This document shows, one piece after another, positions 53,621-62,984 of a stretch of 64,000 bases of DNA. How positions within the stretch are numbered: position 1 is the stretch's first letter; every line of letters begins with the position of its first letter. Both the position numbers and the translations under genes were made by a program. This stretch comes from Acidobacteriota bacterium. Lineage in GTDB: Bacteria > Acidobacteriota > UBA6911 > RPQK01 > JADFOI01. Below the pieces are notes generated by a model. The model was not told the origin of the DNA. It did not search any database and saw only the letters and a list, made by a program, of their open reading frames with translations. The DNA is taken from the NCBI GenBank assembly GCA_036338435.1, contig JAYZCG010000040.1, positions 13,784-77,783 on the forward strand, read 5' to 3'.

Positions 53621-55105
53621 TCAAGAGCCGTCGATATTCAGAGTTGTAAGATCACTAATTTTTTCGATGTTGGCTGTGTCCACCTCGGGTTCCGGTACCT
53701 TTGCACGCTTCGGATAGGGTATGCGTGCCTCTGGCTTAGTCGCATCGAGCACCATAGCAGCCATTGTTTTAGGTGAGCGTGTTCCATCCTCATGGTATTT
53801 CCAGCCGGTAGGAAGTAACCCGCCAGGACCAGACCAATCCGGGATCACCAAAAGATCCTTAGCCGCGTCAAATCGAGTACCGATTGCCCACATGACATCC
53901 CCATCGTTAAAGACATTGATATCACTATCGACTACCACAATCATTTTGAGATTTTCCGGTTCTGTGTTGAGTGCAGCAAAAGCAGCCTTCTTTACTTCGG
54001 TGTCCCGAGATTTTTTTAACGATATGTAGCAGTGCATGCGGCTGTGAGCAGGAACGTTGACCGAGTGTACGCCGGGCACCACAGCTTTGACAGCACGATA
54101 AATACTTCCCATTCTGGGAAGAGATCCAATGACTAGATGCTCTTGATTGGCTGAGAAAATATCTTGGTAAATGGCATCCGAGCGGAGAGTAATCGTAGAG
54201 ACACGGATAATGGGCTTGGGGCCGCCTGCCATGTAATGTCCTGGCCATTCTCCAAAGGGCCCTTCTTCGCGTCGTAGTTTTGGTACAACCTCTCCTTCAA
54301 TTACGATCTCTGCATCGGCCGGAACGAGCAAATTGCTAGTTTCGGCTTTTACAAGTCGAACCGGTTCTTCCAAGAGTGCTCCGGCGGCCTCAAGTTCCCC
54401 ACCGATCCCATGGAGGCGGCTGATCACTCCCATCAGAAAAGCCGGGTGGTGTCCAATGGCGATGGCGATGGGCAGGGGTTTGTTCTGCTCCTCATAGGCT
54501 CGATGAATATAGGCACCGTGATGTGTAGCAATAAACCAGACTCCGAGTTCCTGTTTGTCAAAGACTTGGTGGCGATAGAGGCCTGCATTTAATTCACCGG
54601 TTTCTAGATCTCGGGTAATTCCCACACCTCCAGTAATAAAAGGACCAGCATCATCAGCATTGTGTACGGGAATGGGAAGTCGGGTAAGATCTGCATCCTT
54701 ACCTTGCCAGATAATCTCTTTGACAGGAGCCTCCTCGCTTGTTACTTCGATAGGTGTTACTCCCTTGGCCAGACGGTTCCCGTAGGTGGTCACCATATCA
54801 AGCGGGGTAGTTTCTAGGGCCAGTGCAAGCCGTTCATAGGTAGACATCAGATTGATAATAAGAGGTAAACGACTTCCACGAATACGTGGGAAAAATAGAG
54901 CAGGGTATTCGTTTTTTCGCGCGAATTTTTCAGCTAGTGCCGTACATCCAAATCGGGGGTTAACTGTGTGATTGACTTGCTTAATGGTACCAGGCAAGTG
55001 GTCAATAACTTGTTGTGCAAAGCTCCGCAAATCCTTGAAGTTTTTCTGGCCTTCCTTTAAATTTTCAAGGAGCGTTGCCGTCTTATTTTCAGGTGAGGTT
55101 GACAT
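53621..55105 (-). CDS. UbiD family (prFMN-dependent) decarboxylase
   Basis: 494 aa with UbiD family architecture, judged from overall similarity and length. Confidence 0.7.
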   Translation of the reverse strand: MSTSPENKTATLLENLKEGQKNFKDLRSFAQQVIDHLPGTIKQVNHTVNPRFGCTALAEKFARKNEYPALFFPRIRGSRLPLIINLMSTYERLALALETTPLDMVTTYGNRLAKGVTPIEVTSEEAPVKEIIWQGKDADLTRLPIPVHNADDAGPFITGGVGITRDLETGELNAGLYRHQVFDKQELGVWFIATHHGAYIHRAYEEQNKPLPIAIAIGHHPAFLMGVISRLHGIGGELEAAGALLEEPVRLVKAETSNLLVPADAEIVIEGEVVPKLRREEGPFGEWPGHYMAGGPKPIIRVSTITLRSDAIYQDIFSANQEHLVIGSLPRMGSIYRAVKAVVPGVHSVNVPAHSRMHCYISLKKSRDTEVKKAAFAALNTEPENLKMIVVVDSDINVFNDGDVMWAIGTRFDAAKDLLVIPDWSGPGGLLPTGWKYHEDGTRSPKTMAAMVLDATKPEARIPYPKRAKVPEPEVDTANIEKISDLTTLNIDGS

Positions 55106-55131
55106 AGAAAAGTGACCTATGGCCTAAAAAT

Positions 55132-57060
55132 TTACCTCAAGTATTGTGCTGCGACCTCATCATCATTGAAGTCATAGATTGGGCCAATTGCTTCTCTTCC
55201 AAAATCTTTTGCTAGCAGCTCTTGCAGTTGCTCAATCTTGCCGCCCACCATGGTCATGGGGGTGCGAACCTTCAGGATGTCATCTACTGAAATTGTAAAG
55301 TAGTCACGGTCAAGAACTACCATATCAGCAAATTTACCGACTTCCAATGTGCCTAGTTTGTCTTGCTTAAGGATGTATTCTGAGGCCCAGGAGGTCCACA
55401 TTTTTAAGGCATGGACCCGGTCAATTCTCTCTGACGGTTGCCAAACAACCCCATCGTGTTGGCGGGTTACTGCTTGCCATAGTTTGTTAAAGGGAGGGGT
55501 TGAACCGTAATGTTGTCCGACTAGTTTGACGCCTGATTCAATCCAGGTTTTGAAGGGCAGCATAAAGGGTTCGATTTGTTCACCGTAATCCCGAATCCAG
55601 GCGGGAGACTCACTTACCAGATCAGGGCCACAACTGAGGATCATTCCATAGTCTGTCAATTTTTTAATAATATCTGGTTGTTTACCGATCAGATTGCAGT
55701 GTTCTCCAGTCATTCTCATGTCACGCACATCCTGCATTGTCCAGCCATTTACTTCTCGGGCCTGATCAATCATTCTGAAAAAGGCGCGGGTACTTTCGCT
55801 ACCACACATGTGGATTCCTGCCAGACGCCATCCTGCCTTTGCAGCATTTTCAAGTGTGTCCCAGGGCAATTCTCCAGGTTGAGGGCAGACCTCTCTTGCC
55901 TTTATATGTGGTGGTGCTACAGTGTCTGGGCCTGTGCATGATTCTGGATAACGCGAATCCCAACGTTCGGAGGCTACACCGTCAATCCAAAGATAATCAT
56001 CTCCAATCCCCTGCAGGACTCCTGTACGACGGTAGATCTGACGGGTCTGCTGAGGATCGGTTGGCAGGCGATGGATTTCATAGTGTGCCGAAAAACGGAT
56101 TGGCATCTGGCCCAATCCGGCTAGCGTTGCATATCCGCTCATAATCTTGGGGAACTGGATACGGCTTGAGAAGGTCGTAATCCCCTTGGTGGTTGCTTCT
56201 TCTGAGATAATTTTGATGGCCTGAGCCAAGGTATTTAAAGGGAGTTGTTCCAAAAAGAGTTCCCAGGTAATAACTGACATTTCCTGACTGCCGACCCAGC
56301 CGATTTCAGGAATATTTTCACCGATCACATCTCCATGCATTGTTTCGTGAATCGAGGCGGAATATCCGGGGAAGAAATCATCCAGAATTTCTAACGCTTT
56401 TGAATTAATGTTCCCTCTATGTCCAGGTCGTAGCAAAACAGGATTTTCTGGAGCCCATTCATCCATTGTTCGCCGGTTGGTCAAACGGCGGGTATCTCCC
56501 CATAGTTGTAGTTGTAGCTTGGGTTCATCAGGATGACGCCCTAAATTAAGGACAATCCAGTCTCCCGGATCAACCTTAGTTACTGCATCTTTGATAGCAT
56601 CGCGCATAATGGCCTGGGTTTTTTCCAGATCGTTGGGATCGGCTGTGGCTCTGGCCATATAAACGTTTTCCGGTGGATATTTGAATCCTAATCGATCCAG
56701 AAGTTGTACGGCACGGCCGTACATATGACTGTGAGATTCAATGATGCCAGGGATAATAGTTCTACCTTTGAGGTCAAAGACTTGGGTATCAGGTCCCGCC
56801 ACGGAACGGATTTCTTGGGTGGTCCCAAGTTTCATAATTTTATCGTGCTTGACAGCAATGCCTTGGTAGATATTACCTGGACTGGTCGAGTTTGAGATAT
56901 CGTCCATGCTCACCACTTTGCCGTTGACAAAAATGGTGTCTGCGTAACCATATTTGGCCACATCGGGAGGTAGCTGAGACCACAATATTCCCGTTCCGAA
57001 TAGCAATGAAACGGACACGTGAAAGACAAGACTAACGTAACTTCTAGAATGCTTTTTCAT
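55132..57060 (-). CDS. Exported amidohydrolase family 3 metal-dependent hydrolase (paralog of 41096-42967)
   Basis: Signal/TM N-terminus and HSH metal motif (IESHSHMYG). It aligns along its length with the other paralog at roughly 40-50% identity by eye. Confidence 0.7.
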   Translation of the reverse strand: MKKHSRSYVSLVFHVSVSLLFGTGILWSQLPPDVAKYGYADTIFVNGKVVSMDDISNSTSPGNIYQGIAVKHDKIMKLGTTQEIRSVAGPDTQVFDLKGRTIIPGIIESHSHMYGRAVQLLDRLGFKYPPENVYMARATADPNDLEKTQAIMRDAIKDAVTKVDPGDWIVLNLGRHPDEPKLQLQLWGDTRRLTNRRTMDEWAPENPVLLRPGHRGNINSKALEILDDFFPGYSASIHETMHGDVIGENIPEIGWVGSQEMSVITWELFLEQLPLNTLAQAIKIISEEATTKGITTFSSRIQFPKIMSGYATLAGLGQMPIRFSAHYEIHRLPTDPQQTRQIYRRTGVLQGIGDDYLWIDGVASERWDSRYPESCTGPDTVAPPHIKAREVCPQPGELPWDTLENAAKAGWRLAGIHMCGSESTRAFFRMIDQAREVNGWTMQDVRDMRMTGEHCNLIGKQPDIIKKLTDYGMILSCGPDLVSESPAWIRDYGEQIEPFMLPFKTWIESGVKLVGQHYGSTPPFNKLWQAVTRQHDGVVWQPSERIDRVHALKMWTSWASEYILKQDKLGTLEVGKFADMVVLDRDYFTISVDDILKVRTPMTMVGGKIEQLQELLAKDFGREAIGPIYDFNDDEVAAQYLR

Positions 57061-57180
57061 AAGTCATCTCCCCAGTACGATACTGAATTTCTCACAGGCT
57101 CAAGGAAGAGTTGATTTTGGTCCAGAGCCTACTAGCAAATTAACATGTTGCTAGTATCTTATATTTATTATCTTGTTGTT

Positions 57181-58677
57181 TTATTGCTGATGCCCCTTTT
57201 CCTTGGCTCTTGAAAAGAGTTCAAAGTAATCGCGTGTGCCCTCATCCTGAGGCGGTGGGGTTAGATAAGTAACTGCCACGAGGACTACTATACTCATGAC
57301 TATGGCAGGTAGTCCTGAGAGAAAACCAAATTTAAGACTCTCAGGGAGAAGACCTGTTTCTAATCCAATGATACAGATTTGAGAAGTTATGACCGACCAG
57401 ATAGCTGCTTGGTGGGTACAACGTTTCCAGTAGAGCGCTGCAACCACAGGTGCAAGCAGGCAAGCAAAGCCACCCAGGGCAAACTCGATAATGGTGATGA
57501 TTTTAGCTGGACTAAAAACAGCTAAAATTAGAGCTAAAATGGCAAGGACAAAAACAAGGATTCGACTAATGCGCACCATGGTTGTCTCGGAGGCACCAGC
57601 AAGGCGACTCCGCGAGAAGAAATCGCGTGTGATCATTGTCGTGACACTCAGTAGTTGGGAGTCCATTGTAGACATCATGGCAGCAAATGCCGCGGCTCCT
57701 AGGATCCCCATCATCCAGATCGGGGTATACCCAGTGAGCAGCATAGGTAGGATAGCATCTGACTGAGCCCCCTCTAAGCCTGGAATGGCAGTACGTCCCC
57801 ACATTCCAAGTGTTGCCATCAAAAACATCATAACGAGAGCGGGGATAGGGTAAAAACACATGATTCGCTTGAGTGTTTTTGGATCCCGGCCTGTGAGTAG
57901 TCGCATAAAAAGCTGGGGAAAGACAATGGGGGAAAATGCCACAATAATGCCGTAACTGAAAAACTGGCGCATTGTCATCTTAGAGCGGGTAATGAGCTCT
58001 GGAGATTGATCCATGACTCGCGTGGTGGCCTCAGATGGACCCCCTAAGGCATTGGCAATTACCGCGAAAATGGCGATGCTCCCAACCATGAAAATAGTTG
58101 TTTGAAAGGTGTTGACCCAGGCCGCACCGCGCATACCACCTAGGAGCAGATATGTCAGCACAGCTGTCGCGACGAGAACCATACTCCAGTTAAGAGTGAT
58201 ATAACCATCAGTCAACGCTTCTAGTGTTCGACCGGCCCCCAGAAGCCCGGTCATCAAGTAGGGAACGGTGTAGATAATTAGCACGAGGCTTAGAATGATA
58301 GCCAAGGGCTGAGATTTCCACCGATTGCCAACTACCTCAGATACGGTCATATAACCGTATTTTTGACCTAAGAGCCATGATCGGCTCCCTACAGTGTAAA
58401 AGAGCAGAGGAGTACACCATGCCCAACTTGTGGCAAAATAGGGCCACATTACCCAACCTAAATGGTAAGCTGCGCCGGGAACGCCGGTTAGAGTTACAGC
58501 TGAAATATTGGCCCCGAAGACGGCGGAAAAGAGGACGTAGGACTTAAAACTACGGCTGCCCATGTGATAGTCCTCCATAGTTCCTTTGCTGAATCGAGAA
58601 CTATAGAAACCAATGAAGACAATGACCGCCATGTAGGCGGCTAATACCGAAAGAACCACTATTACCTGATCAGTCAC
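57181..58677 (-). CDS. Sodium:solute symporter family transporter
   Basis: 498 aa, ~13 TM. It is preceded by a DUF3311-type small membrane protein, as is usual for SSS operons. Confidence 0.75.
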   Translation of the reverse strand: MTDQVIVVLSVLAAYMAVIVFIGFYSSRFSKGTMEDYHMGSRSFKSYVLFSAVFGANISAVTLTGVPGAAYHLGWVMWPYFATSWAWCTPLLFYTVGSRSWLLGQKYGYMTVSEVVGNRWKSQPLAIILSLVLIIYTVPYLMTGLLGAGRTLEALTDGYITLNWSMVLVATAVLTYLLLGGMRGAAWVNTFQTTIFMVGSIAIFAVIANALGGPSEATTRVMDQSPELITRSKMTMRQFFSYGIIVAFSPIVFPQLFMRLLTGRDPKTLKRIMCFYPIPALVMMFLMATLGMWGRTAIPGLEGAQSDAILPMLLTGYTPIWMMGILGAAAFAAMMSTMDSQLLSVTTMITRDFFSRSRLAGASETTMVRISRILVFVLAILALILAVFSPAKIITIIEFALGGFACLLAPVVAALYWKRCTHQAAIWSVITSQICIIGLETGLLPESLKFGFLSGLPAIVMSIVVLVAVTYLTPPPQDEGTRDYFELFSRAKEKGHQQ

Positions 58678-58686
58678 ATTGACCTC

Positions 58687-58905
58687 CTAATCCGTCCAGA
58701 TATAGTTAGCGACATAGACCACCAGGATAAAGCCTGCTGTCCAAATGCCAAATTGGTAAAGCATGGGAGCGTTGATCCACCCAAATAGAATCATAGGCAT
58801 CTCTGCTTCCCACCACCAGAAATCGACACGGACAATCATAAGGATTGCAGCCAGTACGTAGGCGACTAGTTCTTTTTTTCGACGACTCTGAATGTCAGCA
58901 CTCAT
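58687..58905 (-). CDS. DUF3311-like small membrane protein (SSS-associated)
   Basis: 72 aa, two TM segments, Trp-rich (FWWWEAEMPMILFGW). Immediately upstream of the symporter. Confidence 0.5.
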   Translation of the reverse strand: MSADIQSRRKKELVAYVLAAILMIVRVDFWWWEAEMPMILFGWINAPMLYQFGIWTAGFILVVYVANYIWTD

Positions 58906-59089
58906 ATCCTCTCCTTATCAAGTCTTGATTATGACTACTCTGTCATATATTGCCCATCTAATCACGGAGTATCCTCGTGGAATAGATTTCTAAATTTTAG
59001 ATCAGGCGAACTAAATCCTAGAACAGCTGATGTTGAAAAAGCAATAGAAGGATACACTATAAGTGTCGTACAGCCGTAGGGTGAGGTTA

Positions 59090-59587
59090 CTATTCTCGTT
59101 CATCTATGTCTTCCCGTTTAACCCATATTTCTTCTACTTCATAGCCTCGAGAATAAGTCCCCTTTAAGGTTAATGTTGTTCTATCTCGATCCAACGTAAA
59201 CATGCGACTGGGTTCGCGGCCCTTCAGTCCAGGATTAGCTACAAAGATCGGTTGGAAAAAAAGCTGTGTGCCTTCAATTCTATAGGTTCCACTAGCTCCA
59301 CCGAACTTGGGGACGAAAATATCAACAATGGTATTTTTTTCCTCGTCTGTAAGGTCGGACAGATTTTTATACCGATCTTGGATAACAGGGCGGTCCTTGT
59401 GCATGTAGATACGACTGAAATGTCCCGGAGTAATGATCATCATTCCAGTCCAATCTATGGCATTGCCGTCGCGGGCATAATAGGTCATTTCCCACACACC
59501 ATAAAGACGTTCGTCTTTCTGTCCATGAGCACTGTCAATAAATGCAAACATTGCGATAACAGCAAAAATTGTTAGACCGATTTTCAT
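59090..59587 (-). CDS. Hypothetical exported protein
   Basis: Signal peptide (AVIAMFAFIDSAHG). 165 aa. No recognisable motifs. Confidence 0.4.
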   Translation of the reverse strand: MKIGLTIFAVIAMFAFIDSAHGQKDERLYGVWEMTYYARDGNAIDWTGMMIITPGHFSRIYMHKDRPVIQDRYKNLSDLTDEEKNTIVDIFVPKFGGASGTYRIEGTQLFFQPIFVANPGLKGREPSRMFTLDRDRTTLTLKGTYSRGYEVEEIWVKREDIDERE

Positions 59588-59868
59588 TGGTTTCTCCTTT
59601 GGTCCCTTTGATCAGATGAGGTGCAACTGGTGTTTCTCAGTCACTCGATAATACAGACTACACACTCTCATTGTTAGATCAAGGATGCAAGAAACTTTCT
59701 CAAATTGAATTTTCAGAATTTATCAGTCCGACTAAGATGTTGAAATACACTAAAACGGTGTACTTGACGAGGGGAATATGGACTGATTAAAACTATGATG
59801 AACCAGGCTGAAGAACTGTGGGGTACAGGTTCGCTTACTTTCCGTTATTATAAAATGGGGTAGAAAGC

Positions 59869-60870
59869 TTGACGAAGATAGCAAAATCACAAATTAACAA
59901 GAATATTTCACAACAGATCCAGAAGATACTCGATGGGGATGTACGTACAATTGCTCGTGCAATCACACAGGTGGAGAACTCCGTAGGCGAGGACGTGAGG
60001 CCGTTGCTCAAGGAGCTATTCTCTCAAACTGGTCATGCCTTTGTCATTGGTGTGACGGGTAGTCCAGGTACAGGTAAAAGTACTCTAGTGGACCAGTTAG
60101 CTCACCACTACACAGACTCCGGGATGAAGGTTGGGATCATTCTAGTAGACCCCAGCTCTCCTTTTTCAGGAGGCGCAATTTTAGGTGATCGGATACGGAT
60201 GCAATCACTCTCTACCAATCCCAGAATTTTTATTCGAAGTATGGCCACGCGTGGGAAGTTGGGAGGACTCACAATCGCTGTTGATGAAGCCCTGATGATA
60301 CTGGATGTGGGGGGATATGAGATTCTCATAGTGGAAACTGTGGGAGTTGGTCAGGACGAAGTTGATGTTATCAATACTGCCGATGTCACTTTAGTAACAC
60401 TAGTTCCTGGTATGGGTGATCATGTCCAGACGTTAAAGGCTGGCATCATGGAAATTGGTGATATTTACGTTGTAAATAAGTCCGATCTCAAGGGAGCTTT
60501 GGAAGTAGAAGGTCAATTAACAGAGCTGTTGCATGGTGAGATTGGGCGCAAAGATGAATGGACTCCTACTGTTGTTAAAACGGTTGCCACGCAAGGTAAG
60601 GGTATTTCTGAGCTTGCTGAGTCCATACAGTGTTATCGTATTTTTCTAAGGGGATCTGAGCACAATGAAGGTAGGCAAAAGTACTTGTTCCAGAAGCGGC
60701 TTATGGACCTGCTCCATCGGCGTGTGACAGACATAGTGTTAGGAAGAATTTCCAATGATGTATTAGACGAATATGTCGAACAAATGATGACTAGAGAGTT
60801 GGATCCGCATACGATCGTGGATCAATTGCTACGGGATCTGGATCTTTGTGAGGAGGAATCTAATGGTTAA
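59869..60870 (+). CDS. meaB: Methylmalonyl-CoA mutase-associated GTPase (MeaB/ArgK)
   Basis: P-loop GVTGSPGTGKST and G-motifs of the MeaB/ArgK family. 333 aa. Confidence 0.8.
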   Translation: MTKIAKSQINKNISQQIQKILDGDVRTIARAITQVENSVGEDVRPLLKELFSQTGHAFVIGVTGSPGTGKSTLVDQLAHHYTDSGMKVGIILVDPSSPFSGGAILGDRIRMQSLSTNPRIFIRSMATRGKLGGLTIAVDEALMILDVGGYEILIVETVGVGQDEVDVINTADVTLVTLVPGMGDHVQTLKAGIMEIGDIYVVNKSDLKGALEVEGQLTELLHGEIGRKDEWTPTVVKTVATQGKGISELAESIQCYRIFLRGSEHNEGRQKYLFQKRLMDLLHRRVTDIVLGRISNDVLDEYVEQMMTRELDPHTIVDQLLRDLDLCEEESNG

Positions 60871-61276
60871 GAGGATAGCCCATGTAGGGATTGCAACGAA
60901 ATCAATAAGTACAGTCGCCGAGTTCTACAAGAGTCTTGGTTTGGAAATCGGTATGATTGAAGTCATCAGTGATCAAGGTGCTAAGGTGGCAGTAATGGAA
61001 GTGGGTGAATCAGCAATCGAACTTATTGAGCCTACTGACATCAATTCTCCGGTCCAACGTTCTATTGAGGCACGTGGAGAAGGGTTCCACCACATTACGT
61101 TTGAAGTTGATGATTTAAGAAAGCAACTCAAGATTCTAAAGGAATTAAACATCAGACTGATAGATGAGAAACCACGTCTAGGCGTGGGAGGTTGTGAGAT
61201 AGCGTTTGTTCATCCCGACTCAACTGGAGGTGTTCTGGTTGAACTCTCCCAGCCTTTGCCGGAGAAATCATTATGA
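60863..61276 (+). CDS. mce: Methylmalonyl-CoA epimerase (VOC/glyoxalase fold)
   Basis: AGGAGG RBS and an ATG at 60863. IAHVGIA...HHITFEV metal-ligand pattern. Confidence 0.7.
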   Translation: MVKRIAHVGIATKSISTVAEFYKSLGLEIGMIEVISDQGAKVAVMEVGESAIELIEPTDINSPVQRSIEARGEGFHHITFEVDDLRKQLKILKELNIRLIDEKPRLGVGGCEIAFVHPDSTGGVLVELSQPLPEKSL

Positions 61277-62115
61277 AATTTGGGAAACTAGAATTACATC
61301 TTATCTCCGATGGACATCTTTGGATGGACGGTGGGGCAATGTTTGGAGTTGTCCCGAAGACCCTGTGGCAGCGGGAAATGCCTCCTGACCGGCAAAACCG
61401 TATACGGTTAGCTCTCAACTGTCTTCTCATCCAAACTGGAGAGGCAAATATCCTAATTGATACTGGTTGTGGGTTTAAATATTCCAAGAAAGAGATTCAA
61501 ATATACAATCTCGACAATAAGACAAATCTTCTAGATGAGTTAGCGCAAGTTTCCCTTGATCCAGAAGATATCGATGTTGTGATCAATACCCATCTTCACT
61601 TTGACCATTGTGGGGGCAATACTATTTACAAAAATGGGGAGATTGTTCCAACATTTCCACAAGCTGAGTATTGGATCTCCCGTCTAGAATACGAAGATGC
61701 TCAACAGCCTAATGAGCGCACTAAAGCTACCTATTATCCTCACAACTGGGAGCCGGTGGAGGAAAGCAATCTGTTAAATATCTTTGATGGAGAGCCTGAA
61801 GTCGCACCTGGTGTGCAACTTGTTCATACCCCAGGACACACAGCAGGACATTATTCTGTCAAGATCGAATCAGAAGGTCAGGTGATGTTTTTTATTGCTG
61901 ATCTATGTCCTACAACAGCGCACATACGTCTTCCTTGGATTATGAGCTATGACCTTTTCCCAATAACTACTCTCAAGGTTCGCCGGCAGATCTATGATCA
62001 GGCCATTCAAGAGAAATGGCTTCTTTTCTTCGAGCATGATCCAGAAATTTTTTTGGGTTATTTATCAAAAAAAGAGGAAGAATACGTGCTAAAGTCAGAG
62101 CCTTGGAGAACGTGA
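61273..62115 (+). CDS. MBL-fold metallo-hydrolase
   Basis: HLHFDHCGG metallo-beta-lactamase motif. 280 aa. Confidence 0.7.
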   Translation: MKFGKLELHLISDGHLWMDGGAMFGVVPKTLWQREMPPDRQNRIRLALNCLLIQTGEANILIDTGCGFKYSKKEIQIYNLDNKTNLLDELAQVSLDPEDIDVVINTHLHFDHCGGNTIYKNGEIVPTFPQAEYWISRLEYEDAQQPNERTKATYYPHNWEPVEESNLLNIFDGEPEVAPGVQLVHTPGHTAGHYSVKIESEGQVMFFIADLCPTTAHIRLPWIMSYDLFPITTLKVRRQIYDQAIQEKWLLFFEHDPEIFLGYLSKKEEEYVLKSEPWRT

Positions 62116-62978
62116 TGGGACAAGCGGAAATTGGTGTAATTGGTGGTAGTGGATTGTATGCAATGTCTGCATTAGAGGGCAGGGAAGAGATACAAATAAG
62201 CACGCCTTTCGGTAGTCCTAGTGAGGCGTACATCTTGGGAGAACTGAATGGTGTGAAAGTGGCCTTTTTAGCTCGCCATGGCAAGAACCACCGTATTTTG
62301 CCTAGTGAACTTAATTTCCGAGCAAATATTTATGGGTTTAAGAAACTCGGGGTGAGTCGGATCCTTTCAGCTAGCGCTGTCGGTTCATTAAGAATAGAAA
62401 ACAAACCAATGGATTTTGTGCTTCCTGATCAATTTGTAGATCGTACTAGCTTGCGGGTATCGACTTTCTTTGGGGAAGGAGTGGTAGCGCACATCAGCTT
62501 TTCTGATCCTATTTGTTCCCAGTTGGCTGATCAAGTGGAAGTGGCAGCTGGCAACATTCAGTTACCCCTAAAGCGAGGGGGAACCTATGTGTGCATGGAA
62601 GGACCGGCCTTCTCAACGCGTGCCGAATCTCACCTGTATAGAAGTTGGGGGATGGATCTGATTGGAATGACGAATCTACAAGAAGCCAGATTAGCCCGAG
62701 AAGCGGAAATTTGTTACGTCACCATTGCTATGGTCACCGACTATGATTGTTGGCATGAAGAAGAGGAGCCCGTCACAGTAGATACTCTCCTTGGTTATCT
62801 GGAAAAAAATAGTACAAATGCCCAGCGTTTAGTCGAGGAAGTTGTCCAAGCATTTCCTGAAAAGGTGGATTGTACGTGTCATCATGCTCTAGAAAATGCT
62901 ATTCTCACACCGCCAGATCAGATCCCGTTAGAAACTAATAAAAAACTAGATATAATAATAGGTAAATACGTTAAATAA
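62115..62978 (+). CDS. mtnP: S-methyl-5'-thioadenosine phosphorylase
   Basis: PNP/MTAP family (IGVIGGSGLY). Start taken as the ATG overlapping the upstream stop (ATGA). Confidence 0.8.
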   Translation: MGQAEIGVIGGSGLYAMSALEGREEIQISTPFGSPSEAYILGELNGVKVAFLARHGKNHRILPSELNFRANIYGFKKLGVSRILSASAVGSLRIENKPMDFVLPDQFVDRTSLRVSTFFGEGVVAHISFSDPICSQLADQVEVAAGNIQLPLKRGGTYVCMEGPAFSTRAESHLYRSWGMDLIGMTNLQEARLAREAEICYVTIAMVTDYDCWHEEEEPVTVDTLLGYLEKNSTNAQRLVEEVVQAFPEKVDCTCHHALENAILTPPDQIPLETNKKLDIIIGKYVK

Positions 62979-62984
62979 AGGGAA

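Noticed and set aside
59588-59868. Possible cobalamin riboswitch upstream of meaB
   Set aside because: There is no B12-box-like sequence (consensus rAGYCMGgAgaCCkGCc) or conserved stems in the 280-bp leader.
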